Shown: positions 33,038 through 42,770 of the stretch, one piece after another
Layout: every line of letters begins with the position of its first letter
How positions within the stretch are numbered: position 1 is the stretch's first letter
DNA from: a virus
Lineage: Duplodnaviria > Caudoviricetes
Direction: 5' to 3' (one strand)
DNA length: 64,000 nt
Virus record (IMG/VR): IMGVR_UViG_3300025316_001101
Program-made: the position numbers and the translations under genes
Notes under the pieces: model-generated
Told to the model about the DNA's origin: nothing
Seen by the model: the letters and a program-made list of their open reading frames with translations, nothing else
The model's database searches: none

Positions 33038-33132
33038 ATACTGCTGCGTGGTAGACCTTTGATGGACCTTGCATCTATCCCATTGGATACGCCATCAGAG
33101 GTGGCCACTCCCACCCTATGGTGGTTATATTT

Positions 33133-33192
33133 TGGCTCGACAAAGAGTGACAAGTCTTTGTTATTGATGTAGACCAGTCGGCATTCGAGCCA
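33133..33192 (-). ncRNA. Y-RNA-like unit B
   Basis: TGGCTC-GAATGCCGACTGGTCTACATC...TTTGTC-GAGCCA. Confidence 0.7.
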
Positions 33193-33205
33193 TTTGTATT
33201 TACTG

Positions 33206-33333
33206 TTTTGGATTTTAATCTTACCAGACAAAAATCGTAAAGTCTATTGTACTGGGAACATTTAACCCAGTATCTCCGATTGATGGTGGGGATGTAAACC
33301 TTACAAGCATTCTGGTAAGATTGAAATCCAAAA
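33206..33333 (-). ncRNA. Y-RNA-like unit C (long stem)
   Basis: ~22-bp closing stem, GAATGCTTGTAAGGTTTACATC...TTTGTC. Confidence 0.65.
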
Positions 33334-33340
33334 TAAAAAG

Positions 33341-33500
33341 TGTGGGTGCCGGGAATTTCACCCAGACCAACGATTTGAAAATGTAGTCCCATCCTGCATT
33401 CGATCTAAACATTCTTTTGCAAGAACATTTGGATTGACAAGGGACGGCGAGACGAACAGCCTTTCGGCATTCGCTGTGCTGATGTTACACTACACCCACA
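33341..33500 (-). ncRNA. YrlA-like tRNA-mimic Y RNA (unit D)
   Basis: Acceptor GTGGGTG/CACCCAC, D and T arms; anticodon arm replaced by CCTTGTC...GAATGCAGGATGGGACTACAT. Confidence 0.75.
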
Positions 33501-33522
33501 TAAATTTTCAAAAAACAAAAAA

Positions 33523-33597
33523 TAGAAACCTGACAAGAAAACGGCGTAGTCATTTTCATTAATAGTGATGTAGACCACTCCTGCATTCAGGTTTCTA
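33523..33597 (-). ncRNA. Y-RNA-like unit E
   Basis: TAGAAACCT-GAATGCAGGAGTGGTCTACATC...CTTGTC-AGGTTTCTA. Confidence 0.7.
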
Positions 33598-33599
33598 AG

Positions 33600-33768
33600 T
33601 GTCGAGGCCAGGAGTCGCACCTGGACTGGTACTTCCAAAAAGTAAATGTAGTCCCATCCTGCATTCAATCTAAACATTCTTTTGCAAGAATATTTAGATA
33701 GACAAGGGGCGGCGAGACGAACAGCCACCTTGCGGTGGCAAACCGTGCTTCTAAACACTCCCTCGACA
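33600..33768 (-). ncRNA. YrlA-like tRNA-mimic Y RNA (unit F)
   Basis: Acceptor TGTCGAGG/CCTCGACA, T arm CCAGG-TGCGACT-CCTGG; core nearly identical to unit D. Confidence 0.75.
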
Positions 33769-33790
33769 ATAAAATTTCAAAGATCAAAAA

Positions 33791-33870
33791 TCAAAATTAA
33801 AACCAGACAAGGGTTCGATAGTCGTCATTTTTCCGATGTAGACCATCTGGCATTCTGGTTTTAATTTTGA
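33791..33870 (-). ncRNA. Y-RNA-like unit G
   Basis: TCAAAATTAAAACCA-GAATGCCAGATGGTCTACATC...CCCTTGTC-TGGTTTTAATTTTGA. Confidence 0.7.
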
Positions 33871-33935
33871 GTCCGACAAGGGTTCGATAGTCGTCACGTT
33901 TTTGATAATGTAGACCATCTGGCATTCGGACTCAA
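33867..33935 (-). ncRNA. Y-RNA-like unit H
   Basis: TTGAGTCC-GAATGCCAGATGGTCTACAT...CCCTTGTC-GGACTCAA; core duplicated from unit G. Confidence 0.7.
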
Positions 33936-33936
33936 G

Positions 33937-34065
33937 AGTTGAAGATGGGATTTGCACCCATAACCTACTGGTTGGATGTAGTTCCAACTACATTTGGGTT
34001 TTAAGGCCCAACAAGGAACGCTGAAACGTTTTGCCGGTCGCTCTATCTAATTGAGCTACTTCAAC
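33937..34065 (-). ncRNA. YrlA-like tRNA-mimic Y RNA (unit I)
   Basis: Acceptor GTTGAAG/CTTCAAC, D arm, T arm ATGGG-TGCAAAT-CCCAT; insert CCTTGTTGGG..CCCAAATGTAGTTGGAACTACAT. Confidence 0.75.
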
Positions 34066-34224
34066 TTATTGTGTAGACCCGCTTCTAATTCCTTTCGGAA
34101 CTAGCCTACCCTATAGGCCGTCCACACACAGGTTGCCAAGTTATCCCCAGTTCTTGGCTGTAAATTGCTGGGGCAATGTACTCTTGATCGCCCGGCCCTG
34201 CGGCCGGGCGATCCCACACTTTAT

Positions 34225-35934
34225 TTACTCGGCTGCCGATTCCTCGACAACTTCTTCTACAACCGGAGCCGCCGAAGCGTCGTCCAGGCTGACATTTTCA
34301 ATCACCTTGACCCAGTGATCCGCATCGTCGCCGCCTTCCATGAATCCGGCAATAACCTGGAACACTTGATCACTGAAGCCACCCACCTGGAGGATGTCCT
34401 GGTGCTGCTTCACTTGGCTGCTTCCCCTCGGGGTGAGGTCGATACAAACCAACTTTGCCCGTGGATTACGCTTCTTGAACGTCTGCCACTCGGTCATCAA
34501 GCCAGTTGCATTACCATAGGCATAACTGTAACCGCTGTCAACCCAACTTTCGTTGTCGCTGATGAAGACTACAAGGTCGCCCTTTGCCTTCTTTGCATTC
34601 AGTTCTGCCAATGGCAAGCTGCAATTCGTTCCACCACCACCATAACGAGCCAACTTTTGCGCATTCGTCATGATGCTGTCCCTCGAATTCAAGTCGTGCT
34701 TGTAGGTTCGAGTGTCGAACGGAATTACATTTGCCTGCTCGTTAGTACGCAACATGGTCACAGCGAACAGGGCCGCTACGTCCACGCACGAAACCGCCGA
34801 AGATGCACCCATTCGGTATCCCGTTGCCGGGCTACTCATTGAGCCTGAAGTATCGACGCAGACATACATTTCGCCGGAAATCTTCGGCACATTTTGTACC
34901 GCAATTTCCATTGCGTCCTGCAACGCCAAACTAATCTGAGTCGGTACGCCAGTCGCCGCCTTGAAAGCCATCAGCAGTTGGTACGGGAATACCCGTGCCC
35001 GCTCAATTTGCTTCTTGTCACGGAGACGTTCAGCAATAATCTGAACCAATTCCGGGTCACTCAATACGTCGTGTCGCTGGAAGGTGTTCAAATTCATTCT
35101 CGTCATCTGCCACGGGGCAGTACGAGCAATTTGCTTCCACTCGGCTGGGCCGATGCCCAACGAGTCCAACATACGGAAATCAACCCTCGGCACAGTGCCT
35201 TCCTTGGTCCGCTTGTAATTTTCGTAATCCTGCACCAACTGCGGAAGCAGGCTATAATCATGTTCGTAGCAAACGCCTTGAGCGTTTACATATACTTCGC
35301 CATTCTTAGCCAAAGTTACGAGCTTACCGTTGCGAACTTCCGCACCCTTGAGGTATGCGAACATCGCAGCCTTAGCTTCACTGGACGGACGTGGCCGTGC
35401 CATACGAAGAATGTCACGCATGGTCGGATCGTTACCGATAGACGCCTTGAACAAAGCTTCGCCGTTCATACGGTCGAACCAATCACGGATTGCGTGCTTG
35501 ATCGCCCACGAAGTCATATTGATCGGCTTACCGGTGATGGCACCACTACGGCCCATCTGAATAAAGTTTCGCAGCATCTTACCATTGTCGATTACTCGAC
35601 GGAAGACCTTACGGAACAACTTCGGATCGATCTGCGACAATACAACCGTCAAGAACGCTGGCATGTCCTTCATGTATGCCTTGTCACGGCAATAGACCGC
35701 AGTCTTCGCCAGGAACAACGGATCGTCAATCAATGCTTGCGCAGCATCCTTGGCAATCTTTAGATTGTCTTCGGCAGATACGTAGTAAGTGCCGTTGAAG
35801 CAGTTAGTCGCTGCAATTTGAGCCAGCGCATGCTTCGAGGAAAATGAATACGCCTTGCCACCAGCCGCATTAACGGTATCCGCTACCGGTGCAATCGGGG
35901 TACGCTGAGACGCAAAAAGGTTCTTGTTAGCCAT
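34225..35934 (-). CDS. rsr: Ro60 / TROVE-domain RNA-binding protein with VWA domain
   Basis: VNAAGGKAY, MKDMPAFL, MTRMNLNTF, ARVFPYQL, VCVDTSGSM, GGGTNCS, FISDNESW. Confidence 0.92.
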   Translation of the reverse strand: MANKNLFASQRTPIAPVADTVNAAGGKAYSFSSKHALAQIAATNCFNGTYYVSAEDNLKIAKDAAQALIDDPLFLAKTAVYCRDKAYMKDMPAFLTVVLSQIDPKLFRKVFRRVIDNGKMLRNFIQMGRSGAITGKPINMTSWAIKHAIRDWFDRMNGEALFKASIGNDPTMRDILRMARPRPSSEAKAAMFAYLKGAEVRNGKLVTLAKNGEVYVNAQGVCYEHDYSLLPQLVQDYENYKRTKEGTVPRVDFRMLDSLGIGPAEWKQIARTAPWQMTRMNLNTFQRHDVLSDPELVQIIAERLRDKKQIERARVFPYQLLMAFKAATGVPTQISLALQDAMEIAVQNVPKISGEMYVCVDTSGSMSSPATGYRMGASSAVSCVDVAALFAVTMLRTNEQANVIPFDTRTYKHDLNSRDSIMTNAQKLARYGGGGTNCSLPLAELNAKKAKGDLVVFISDNESWVDSGYSYAYGNATGLMTEWQTFKKRNPRAKLVCIDLTPRGSSQVKQHQDILQVGGFSDQVFQVIAGFMEGGDDADHWVKVIENVSLDDASAAPVVEEVVEESAAE

Positions 35935-36021
35935 AATATAGCTCCTTTCATCACTTCGTTGTTATTTAAGGCTTCGTTGCCACGCTTGGACAAACGTGAC
36001 ATTTATTCCTTGGACTTAGGT

Positions 36022-36049
36022 ATTATACGTAGCCTTTTTAGAAAGTCAA
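36022..36049 (-). promoter_or_regulatory. sigma70-type promoter for Ro60/Y-RNA locus (TTGACT-16-TATAAT)
   Basis: Consensus match upstream of rsr. Confidence 0.7.
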
Positions 36050-36261
36050 CACCCTAAACATTATTTTTCCGAAACTCATTCCTGATGACGTAATTATACT
36101 CTGGCCTAAACCACTTGTAAACTACTCACTGAAATATTCCCTACAACGCTGCAAACTAGACCATGACCAACTATGCTGCCAAGCAATTTCCCAACATAGA
36201 CCAATAGAAAAATCCTTGGACATCATCGTGCTATTCATCAAAAAAGACCGTCTGACTATTT

Positions 36262-36453
36262 TCATTCAGTCGGCTTCGGCGGCTGTGTATCGTTCCGATG
36301 AATTGCATCGAAAACTTCACGACGATGGACAGGAACTTCCTTGGGGGCCTCAATGGCAAGACGCACCTTATCACCCCTGATATCTACAACCGTAACCATA
36401 ATGTCGTCATTGATAACAATACTTTCATTCATCTTTCTGCTCAATACCAACAT
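36262..36453 (-). CDS. csrA: Carbon storage regulator CsrA
   Basis: MLVLSRK.NESIVINDDI.VTVVDIRGDKVRLAIEAPKEVPVHRREV. Confidence 0.95.
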   Translation of the reverse strand: MLVLSRKMNESIVINDDIMVTVVDIRGDKVRLAIEAPKEVPVHRREVFDAIHRNDTQPPKPTE

Positions 36454-36532
36454 GTCATTCTCCTCCTGATTAAGCTTGCCCATTTCCATACTTTTACCAT
36501 AAATGCATGGTTTTGGCAAGCGTGATTTTCGT

Positions 36533-36748
36533 CTACTCTATGGGCACAAAAATAACTGGTGGGGATTTCCGTGTAGATTCTGGAGCGTCCCCTTTGATAG
36601 AATTCCACAAAGCTGCTTCCAAATCGGGGACCGCCCGTACAGACGAACATCCAGGGCAGTCACAAATCCAAGGAGTGCCAGCATTGTAGGCATCCATCAT
36701 ATGCATAGCCGCTACAAGATGCATTGCTGCATTCATTTCAATATCCAT
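36533..36748 (-). CDS. Hypothetical protein
   Basis: ORF track. Confidence 0.55.
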   Translation of the reverse strand: MDIEMNAAMHLVAAMHMMDAYNAGTPWICDCPGCSSVRAVPDLEAALWNSIKGDAPESTRKSPPVIFVPIE

Positions 36749-37247
36749 AATATGGGGTGTAGCAATTATTGAAAAATACGTTATACGCTCGATTGATAGC
36801 TGTTGCTTGAGCGTATCCTATCCAATCAGGATTTTGATTATAATAAGTAGGTCTACGACTCATACTCATTCGCTTTTGTCGGATCAAAATGTTTTGAAAA
36901 TCATCAATCCTCTTCCTGATTGTTCGGATCTCTTTCAAAATTTCCTTCTTTTGATCTGGATCTTCTGTTTCCGCCAATTCAATCAACTTGTCTTGAATCT
37001 GATCTCTCAAAGCAAAAACCATGTCCACTGTTACCGAACCCTGTTCGGCATTAAATTGCGGTGTAGTTGCCGTAGTGCCTGTTGATGATCCATCAACATA
37101 TCGCATATCCCCAACGCCACAACGACCAGTGGTACATTTGCCATTTGCACACTGAGAATTTTTAGGAGTCATCGGGGCATCTACATATTTCATATCATCG
37201 TCAACAGTTGCACCAAGCAAAACCAATGCTAGAAACATCGTATTCAT
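36738..37247 (-). CDS. Exported hypothetical protein
   Basis: Signal peptide-like N-terminus. Confidence 0.6.
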   Translation of the reverse strand: MNTMFLALVLLGATVDDDMKYVDAPMTPKNSQCANGKCTTGRCGVGDMRYVDGSSTGTTATTPQFNAEQGSVTVDMVFALRDQIQDKLIELAETEDPDQKKEILKEIRTIRKRIDDFQNILIRQKRMSMSRRPTYYNQNPDWIGYAQATAINRAYNVFFNNCYTPYYGY

Positions 37248-37429
37248 TTTCGTCTTTCTGCATACTTGTTTGTCAACTCTATAATTTTTTCTTTTCGCCG
37301 TTTTCCGTTCAATTCTTCAAGCAACTCTTCGGGATACATAGAAAAATAATTACCCCACCATCTCTGCATTTTGGATTCAAAGATCCGCCATCCCTTTCCT
37401 GGTTCTGCTTTGGCTACGTATCTTCGCAT
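37244..37429 (-). CDS. Small hypothetical protein
   Basis: ORF track, coupled to ligase. Confidence 0.55.
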   Translation of the reverse strand: MRRYVAKAEPGKGWRIFESKMQRWWGNYFSMYPEELLEELNGKRRKEKIIELTNKYAERRK

Positions 37430-39675
37430 TACAACATTTTCTTGAGGGCATCAACGTCGATAATCGGGATATTCAATTCCTTGGCCTTATCACTCTTAGC
37501 ACCGGAGCCATCGCCTGCTACCAAGAAACTAATCTTCTTACTCACACTGCTATGGCATTTGCCACCAAGAGCTTCGATCTGCTCCTCCCAGTGTCGCTTG
37601 CCTTCATCAAATCCACCCGACACACAGAAATTCTTGCCAGTCAACTTGCCAACCTTGGGAGACTCCAATTCCACATGTTCCAACAGAGCATCCAATTCCT
37701 TGTGGTGATCACCCAAATAATCGTAGACAATATGTGCTGTTTTCGCACCAACACCCTCCACGGCTTCCAACTCGGCTTCGGTCGCACTACGAATTTTATC
37801 AAAATTTCCGAAATGGTCAACCAAAGCCTTGCCTGCCGACTTTCCAGCAGTCTCAATCCCAAGTGCCGCAAAGAACAGAGCGGCAGAGATCTTCTTCTTG
37901 TGTTTACAAGCCGCAGCAATCTTGTCGGCCAATTCACCATCATCTTCGATCTTTTCCGGGTGATCAATTCCATGAATTGTGCCCACGATCAATAAAGCCT
38001 GCCGCAAACTAAGATCGGAACGATTTACAATCTCAGATTGACTAAGATTATAAAAATCAGCACGATTCTTTACACCTACCGCAATCAACTGTTCCATCTT
38101 GGATTCGCCAATACCAAGCACGCCAAGAGTAGCAAAATAGTGACAGAATCCAGTGATCTGTTTGGCCGGGCAATAATCACTGTAACAAAACAATTCCCAC
38201 ATTTCTTCTCGACCACCACTCGCTGGAGTGTGTTCAAGTGTAGTGATACCACCACAACTTGGACACGTCTTTGGATATTCCGGCGTGCCCTTACATTGAT
38301 CACTGACAACTCCAACCACCTTGGGAATAATATTTCCCGCCTTCAAAACTCTGATGGTTGTTCCAACATCAATTTTATTGCGGATCATATAACCCGCATT
38401 ATGCAATGTTGCACGACCAACATCTGTATCTGCCAACCGTACCTTGTCTTTGAAAATAGCAACAGGCTTAATCACCCCAGTGCGGCCAGTATTCCACTCC
38501 ACTGATTTGATAATCGGCTGCGCCTCTTCCTCGGCAAATTTCCAAGCAATTTTACCTTTGGGGTTTGCTGTGACTGCACTGCCATGCTTACCCAATTGTT
38601 CTTGAGCATCCAAATCGTTTACACAAATAACAATCCCATCAACCCGATAATCCAATTCAGAAACATGCTGTTCAAGCGTATCAAGCAGATAGAAGTTAAA
38701 AAGCGAAACACGAACGAATGGCACACCAAGCATTTGATTTACATACTTAGCCCGTTCAATCTCCGTTTTATACGAAGGCTGAGCAATACCTTCAATACCG
38801 TGGCCCATGAATGACAACCGATGATGTTCGGTCTTGGACGGATCAGTGATCTGTTTAATACCGCCCATCGCAGCAGCACGCTCATTAGCAAATTCTGGTT
38901 CGCCACATTTCTTCTTCCACGCCTGCACCTTCGGAAGATCGGCCCTTCTGATAATCAACTCGCCAGTAATACGACAAGTAATGGGCTCTTTTAATTGCTG
39001 AGGAATTGACTTAATGTATTTAACGTTCTCGGTCACGTCTTCCCCTTCAATGCCACGTCTCGGCCGCAGACCAGCCTTGACCAAAATCCCCTTCTCATAA
39101 TACAAACCAATTGCCACACCGTCCCATTTGTAAGACATGCAGAAATACTCACGGGGATATGTAAAAACTTTGCCGTTATATTTGCGCTCGGCAACATCCA
39201 CCTTCTTATCTTCTACTGGCTTAACCGTCACGGGATCAACCAAAACAATTTTCTTGGCAGACAAATCATAGACCGGACCCTTCTTGACGGCATCACTGGC
39301 CTCGGCTACACAGTCCTCCATCCATTTGAAAAGCATACCTTCCTTAACATCCAACTTTTCATGACTAGCCTTCTCAATAGAAGTCATGGGAGGATGATGC
39401 TTGACTTTCTTACCAACCGCATCGTCCTTACCGGCAGTAATATTGTCAAATACAGTAGAATTGGGCCGGTCGTCCTTCAACGCCTGCCGCATGAAATCAT
39501 AGCGAGGATCAGGAACAGGATGGACACGATCAAGCTTGAATTCTGTGACCAACCAATCCGGCGTACTGACAGGCAACATACAATCCTGCCCATCGTTGTA
39601 AAGTGAATCCAGGCAACCAATTACGGATTCCAATTCATCCAACTGATCGTTCGTATATTTCGTCTGTTTTGACAT
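37429..39675 (-). CDS. ligA: NAD-dependent DNA ligase
   Basis: KWDG adenylation motif, RITGEL, VDGIV, TGRTG, C4 zinc finger, HhH, BRCT. Confidence 0.92.
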   Translation of the reverse strand: MSKQTKYTNDQLDELESVIGCLDSLYNDGQDCMLPVSTPDWLVTEFKLDRVHPVPDPRYDFMRQALKDDRPNSTVFDNITAGKDDAVGKKVKHHPPMTSIEKASHEKLDVKEGMLFKWMEDCVAEASDAVKKGPVYDLSAKKIVLVDPVTVKPVEDKKVDVAERKYNGKVFTYPREYFCMSYKWDGVAIGLYYEKGILVKAGLRPRRGIEGEDVTENVKYIKSIPQQLKEPITCRITGELIIRRADLPKVQAWKKKCGEPEFANERAAAMGGIKQITDPSKTEHHRLSFMGHGIEGIAQPSYKTEIERAKYVNQMLGVPFVRVSLFNFYLLDTLEQHVSELDYRVDGIVICVNDLDAQEQLGKHGSAVTANPKGKIAWKFAEEEAQPIIKSVEWNTGRTGVIKPVAIFKDKVRLADTDVGRATLHNAGYMIRNKIDVGTTIRVLKAGNIIPKVVGVVSDQCKGTPEYPKTCPSCGGITTLEHTPASGGREEMWELFCYSDYCPAKQITGFCHYFATLGVLGIGESKMEQLIAVGVKNRADFYNLSQSEIVNRSDLSLRQALLIVGTIHGIDHPEKIEDDGELADKIAAACKHKKKISAALFFAALGIETAGKSAGKALVDHFGNFDKIRSATEAELEAVEGVGAKTAHIVYDYLGDHHKELDALLEHVELESPKVGKLTGKNFCVSGGFDEGKRHWEEQIEALGGKCHSSVSKKISFLVAGDGSGAKSDKAKELNIPIIDVDALKKML

Positions 39676-39729
39676 AGTTTCTCCCTTTCTGATAACATTA
39701 TACTATGATGATCGGCAGTTGTAAACAAC

Positions 39730-40152
39730 CTATACGGGCGCATTCCCAATCGTAAGATGCAGATAATATTCAGGATGTCTTGAAAGACCCAATTCCATCC
39801 GAATGTCTAAGGCTCGTTCACATTGAACCGGTAACCAAAAATGTTTTCCGTTATCTTTTACTATTGGTTCATATGCAAATTCAATAGACTCACCATCATA
39901 TTTTTTCCATAAATTCTTTTTATGATCTAGCGGCTCTTCATTTCGTATGACCGAAACATGCTCTGCCCACGCTGGTCGAAGCAATTGATCACAATTAAAT
40001 GCCTGTAATTTATAAAGAGCACGATACAATTGACCAATACCGGGATCGGCATCTATTACCAACCACCAATTAACAGAACAGCCCTCACCTAAAAGCTGAG
40101 GGCTGTATCGAAAAATTCCAGATGACTTAATTATCGCCATGATGATAACCAC
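39730..40152 (-). CDS. 2H phosphoesterase family protein
   Basis: EHVSV and LHLTI motifs; paralog of 20953-21363. Confidence 0.7.
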   Translation of the reverse strand: MVIIMAIIKSSGIFRYSPQLLGEGCSVNWWLVIDADPGIGQLYRALYKLQAFNCDQLLRPAWAEHVSVIRNEEPLDHKKNLWKKYDGESIEFAYEPIVKDNGKHFWLPVQCERALDIRMELGLSRHPEYYLHLTIGNAPV

Positions 40153-40828
40153 GTTGACTCAATAAACCAAACCCTGTACGCTTAGCCATCATTGCTTTAA
40201 TCTCAGCAAATGTAAATGGCCGATAATCCCCAAGCAACTTGAACGCATTATCTACTCCCACGTCCAACGACCAGCGACCGGGCATAATCTCATCTAGCCA
40301 CTTTTCTGCATTTGAATGTGAGTGCCCATAAAGATTCCAGGCACCATGATGTCGCTTATCCCAAATGGCAAGAGCCTCATGATTCATTTGAATCTTTTGA
40401 CCTTGCACAACAGCCGTCGTCTTGTCCCAACATTTGCTGAACAAAACTCGTATTAAATTCCTAGCTGTTGAATCTTGCAATGGATCATGATTTCCCCAAA
40501 GCATCATCACATTCTTGCAATTGATCCTACGGCGATAGAAGGAATAGACTTTGAAAACATCATCATCCGTATCCCTCCTGCTACACATGTACCAATCACC
40601 CAGGAACCACAAGCGATCTTCTGGTTTTACTTGAGCGTTGATTTTGTCGATAAAATAGTCATTCATCCTATCTGAGGATTCACGACTAATTCGCAAATTT
40701 TGAATGTCTCGGTCTACCCCAGACTCCATTACTTTTCGTTCTTCCGGCGACATGAACATAAGCCGATGGCTATGCTTCAGAATATTTCCATGTCTGAAAT
40801 GCAAATCGCCAGTGAAATGATCTTCCAT
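40127..40828 (-). CDS. Calcineurin-like metallophosphoesterase
   Basis: GDLH, GDW, GNHD, GHSH. Confidence 0.88.
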   Translation of the reverse strand: MEDHFTGDLHFRHGNILKHSHRLMFMSPEERKVMESGVDRDIQNLRISRESSDRMNDYFIDKINAQVKPEDRLWFLGDWYMCSRRDTDDDVFKVYSFYRRRINCKNVMMLWGNHDPLQDSTARNLIRVLFSKCWDKTTAVVQGQKIQMNHEALAIWDKRHHGAWNLYGHSHSNAEKWLDEIMPGRWSLDVGVDNAFKLLGDYRPFTFAEIKAMMAKRTGFGLLSQRGYHHGDN

Positions 40829-40867
40829 AATTACACCTATTGTACCCCAGCAAACCAGGGTTGTAAA

Positions 40868-41164
40868 CTACGCCCCCCTAATGGCGTCTTCTAATACTGC
40901 CTTCTTTTGAATACCTACAAATCGTTTCGTCTCACTTCCATTTTTGAAAACTATAAATGTGGGGATTGCACTGATGTTATGTTTGGCGGCAAGCTCGCTG
41001 TTTTCATCAATGTTTATTTTCGCCACATCAAATTCCTGAGATAGTTCTGCCATGACCGGAGACATGGCGTGACAAGGGCCACACCAAGGTGCCCACCAGT
41101 CTATCAGTACCGTTTTATTTGCTGTTTCGGCCGCAAAATTACCTTCATTTAATGACAATATCAT
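40868..41164 (-). CDS. trxA: Thioredoxin
   Basis: WAPWCGPC, SAIPT. Confidence 0.92.
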   Translation of the reverse strand: MILSLNEGNFAAETANKTVLIDWWAPWCGPCHAMSPVMAELSQEFDVAKINIDENSELAAKHNISAIPTFIVFKNGSETKRFVGIQKKAVLEDAIRGA

Positions 41165-41185
41165 AAATTTCTCCTTTTCATAAAA

Positions 41186-41758
41186 TTAGTAATGCACAAC
41201 TAAATCCGCTAGCCAATAGCAATAATCTCTTAAATATGGTCCCATTTCACAAATCCAAACTTCATACAAAGTAACAAAGTTTTTAGAAATGAAAACCAAA
41301 GATTCTTGCAATGCCATAAATCGCTCATCTACATTGAATGTAACATCTGTTGTATGGTTAAATTGGTTTTGGTATCCCTGTTGCTTTATTGCATCATCGC
41401 AACAATAAAGCAACATATCCCAAGCAGCAAGATGTGCCTTTTTTACACTAGAGGCTATCTGATTACCACTTAAACTTGCCGCCCATTTCATTATAAACGA
41501 TTCATATTCATCCCAATGAATAAACAAATCCTTAGATGTTGATTCAAACAAAGCCCGTCCACGATATCCATCGTGGACGGGCTTGACTGTCTTTATATGA
41601 TACGTCCCAGGATGAACCGATGGCAATTCCCAACGAATACTTAAAATTCTCCATGTAAAATCGTAGTCGGTTTTGAAAAATATCGCCCCACGATCTACAT
41701 GTCTGGCATATTGAACATTGATTCCATGCCTGTGAAAATACTCTTCACACAAATACAT
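41186..41758 (-). CDS. Hypothetical protein
   Basis: ORF track. Confidence 0.65.
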   Translation of the reverse strand: MYLCEEYFHRHGINVQYARHVDRGAIFFKTDYDFTWRILSIRWELPSVHPGTYHIKTVKPVHDGYRGRALFESTSKDLFIHWDEYESFIMKWAASLSGNQIASSVKKAHLAAWDMLLYCCDDAIKQQGYQNQFNHTTDVTFNVDERFMALQESLVFISKNFVTLYEVWICEMGPYLRDYCYWLADLVVHY

Positions 41759-42462
41759 CAGTTGTCAGATCCCTTGACTTCTGAAGGATGCTTTAGATCT
41801 AAATCCGGCGTAGGCACTACAATTGCTGGAGCCGAAAGCGTCTTCGCTGGAATTCGTTCTTCCAAAGCCTGCATTCTCGCCTGCAATTGATCAATTACTT
41901 GCATCTTCTTATCTACCATCTGTATCTTACTGTCTAATTCTTTGATCGCTTTCAGCAATTCATTATTATCAGACTGAATAACCTTAACATCAGTGGTTTT
42001 AATAGAAGCCGGTGACGTAGGCGTAGGAGGAACAAACACAGGCGTATTTGCAGTTTTTGTTGTAACAATTGTTTGCCTTGTAACCGCTACCATTCCGGCT
42101 TGATATTCAGCCATCTCTGCTTTGGTACGATATTTAATCGAACCATCAGATTCTAAAGCACATTCATTAAACGCAAACCCTTTTCCATAATCTAAAATGA
42201 TATGTGACACACGATTTTTATGGTCACGATAAATGGTGGGTCTCGGCAAAATGCCGTTAAGTACAGGGGTCTTAACCTTATAATCACTAGCAAACTGACA
42301 TGCCACGTATTCTTTAGACGTAACACCTGCGCAACTTTTGTATTCTACAGTCACAGTTGGAGGTTGATTATCTGCAACATAATTCCAACCAGAATCGTCA
42401 ACACAATAGTTACCATTACATTGCCCCACAAGGGCAAAAACAACCAATAATTGTCCTAACAT
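41758..42462 (-). CDS. Exported hypothetical protein with coiled coil
   Basis: Signal peptide-like N-terminus. Confidence 0.6.
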   Translation of the reverse strand: MLGQLLVVFALVGQCNGNYCVDDSGWNYVADNQPPTVTVEYKSCAGVTSKEYVACQFASDYKVKTPVLNGILPRPTIYRDHKNRVSHIILDYGKGFAFNECALESDGSIKYRTKAEMAEYQAGMVAVTRQTIVTTKTANTPVFVPPTPTSPASIKTTDVKVIQSDNNELLKAIKELDSKIQMVDKKMQVIDQLQARMQALEERIPAKTLSAPAIVVPTPDLDLKHPSEVKGSDN

Positions 42463-42770
42463 TACAGTTCTCTCCCTTTGTAAAAGTTAAAACGGTCAGA
42501 CAACGACAAGTCATCACTTCCTTTCCAGCGATGTGAAGCTTCATCCCATGCAACAGGGTACTCCGCTGGAAATGTTTCTAAAATGGTAAACAAGGCAGCC
42601 ACGCTTTCTGCTCGCTCCACAGATCTATGAAACGCTAACGGGTGCATTGTCGGAAATAAAACACGTAATTTTTCTATGTTTTCTTGATCAATCATTATAT
42701 TCGGGCGGCAGTTTTTTCTGATTTTCTGCCAGTTGCCGCATCTTCTTGCTAACAATGCGACCCGCTTCAA
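42462..42770 (-). CDS. Hypothetical protein
   Basis: ORF track; probable start MIDQE. Confidence 0.55.
   Translation of the reverse strand: MKRVALLARRCGNWQKIRKNCRPNIMIDQENIEKLRVLFPTMHPLAFHRSVERAESVAALFTILETFPAEYPVAWDEASHRWKGSDDLSLSDRFNFYKGREL

Noticed and set aside
32967-34065. CRISPR array
   Set aside because: Repeats are degenerate, irregularly spaced, split into two strands and embedded in hairpins or tRNA scaffolds; no cas genes; adjacency to Ro60 explains them as Y RNAs
34894-35763. 289-aa plus-strand ORF
   Set aside because: Antisense to Ro60; explained by codon bias of the real gene
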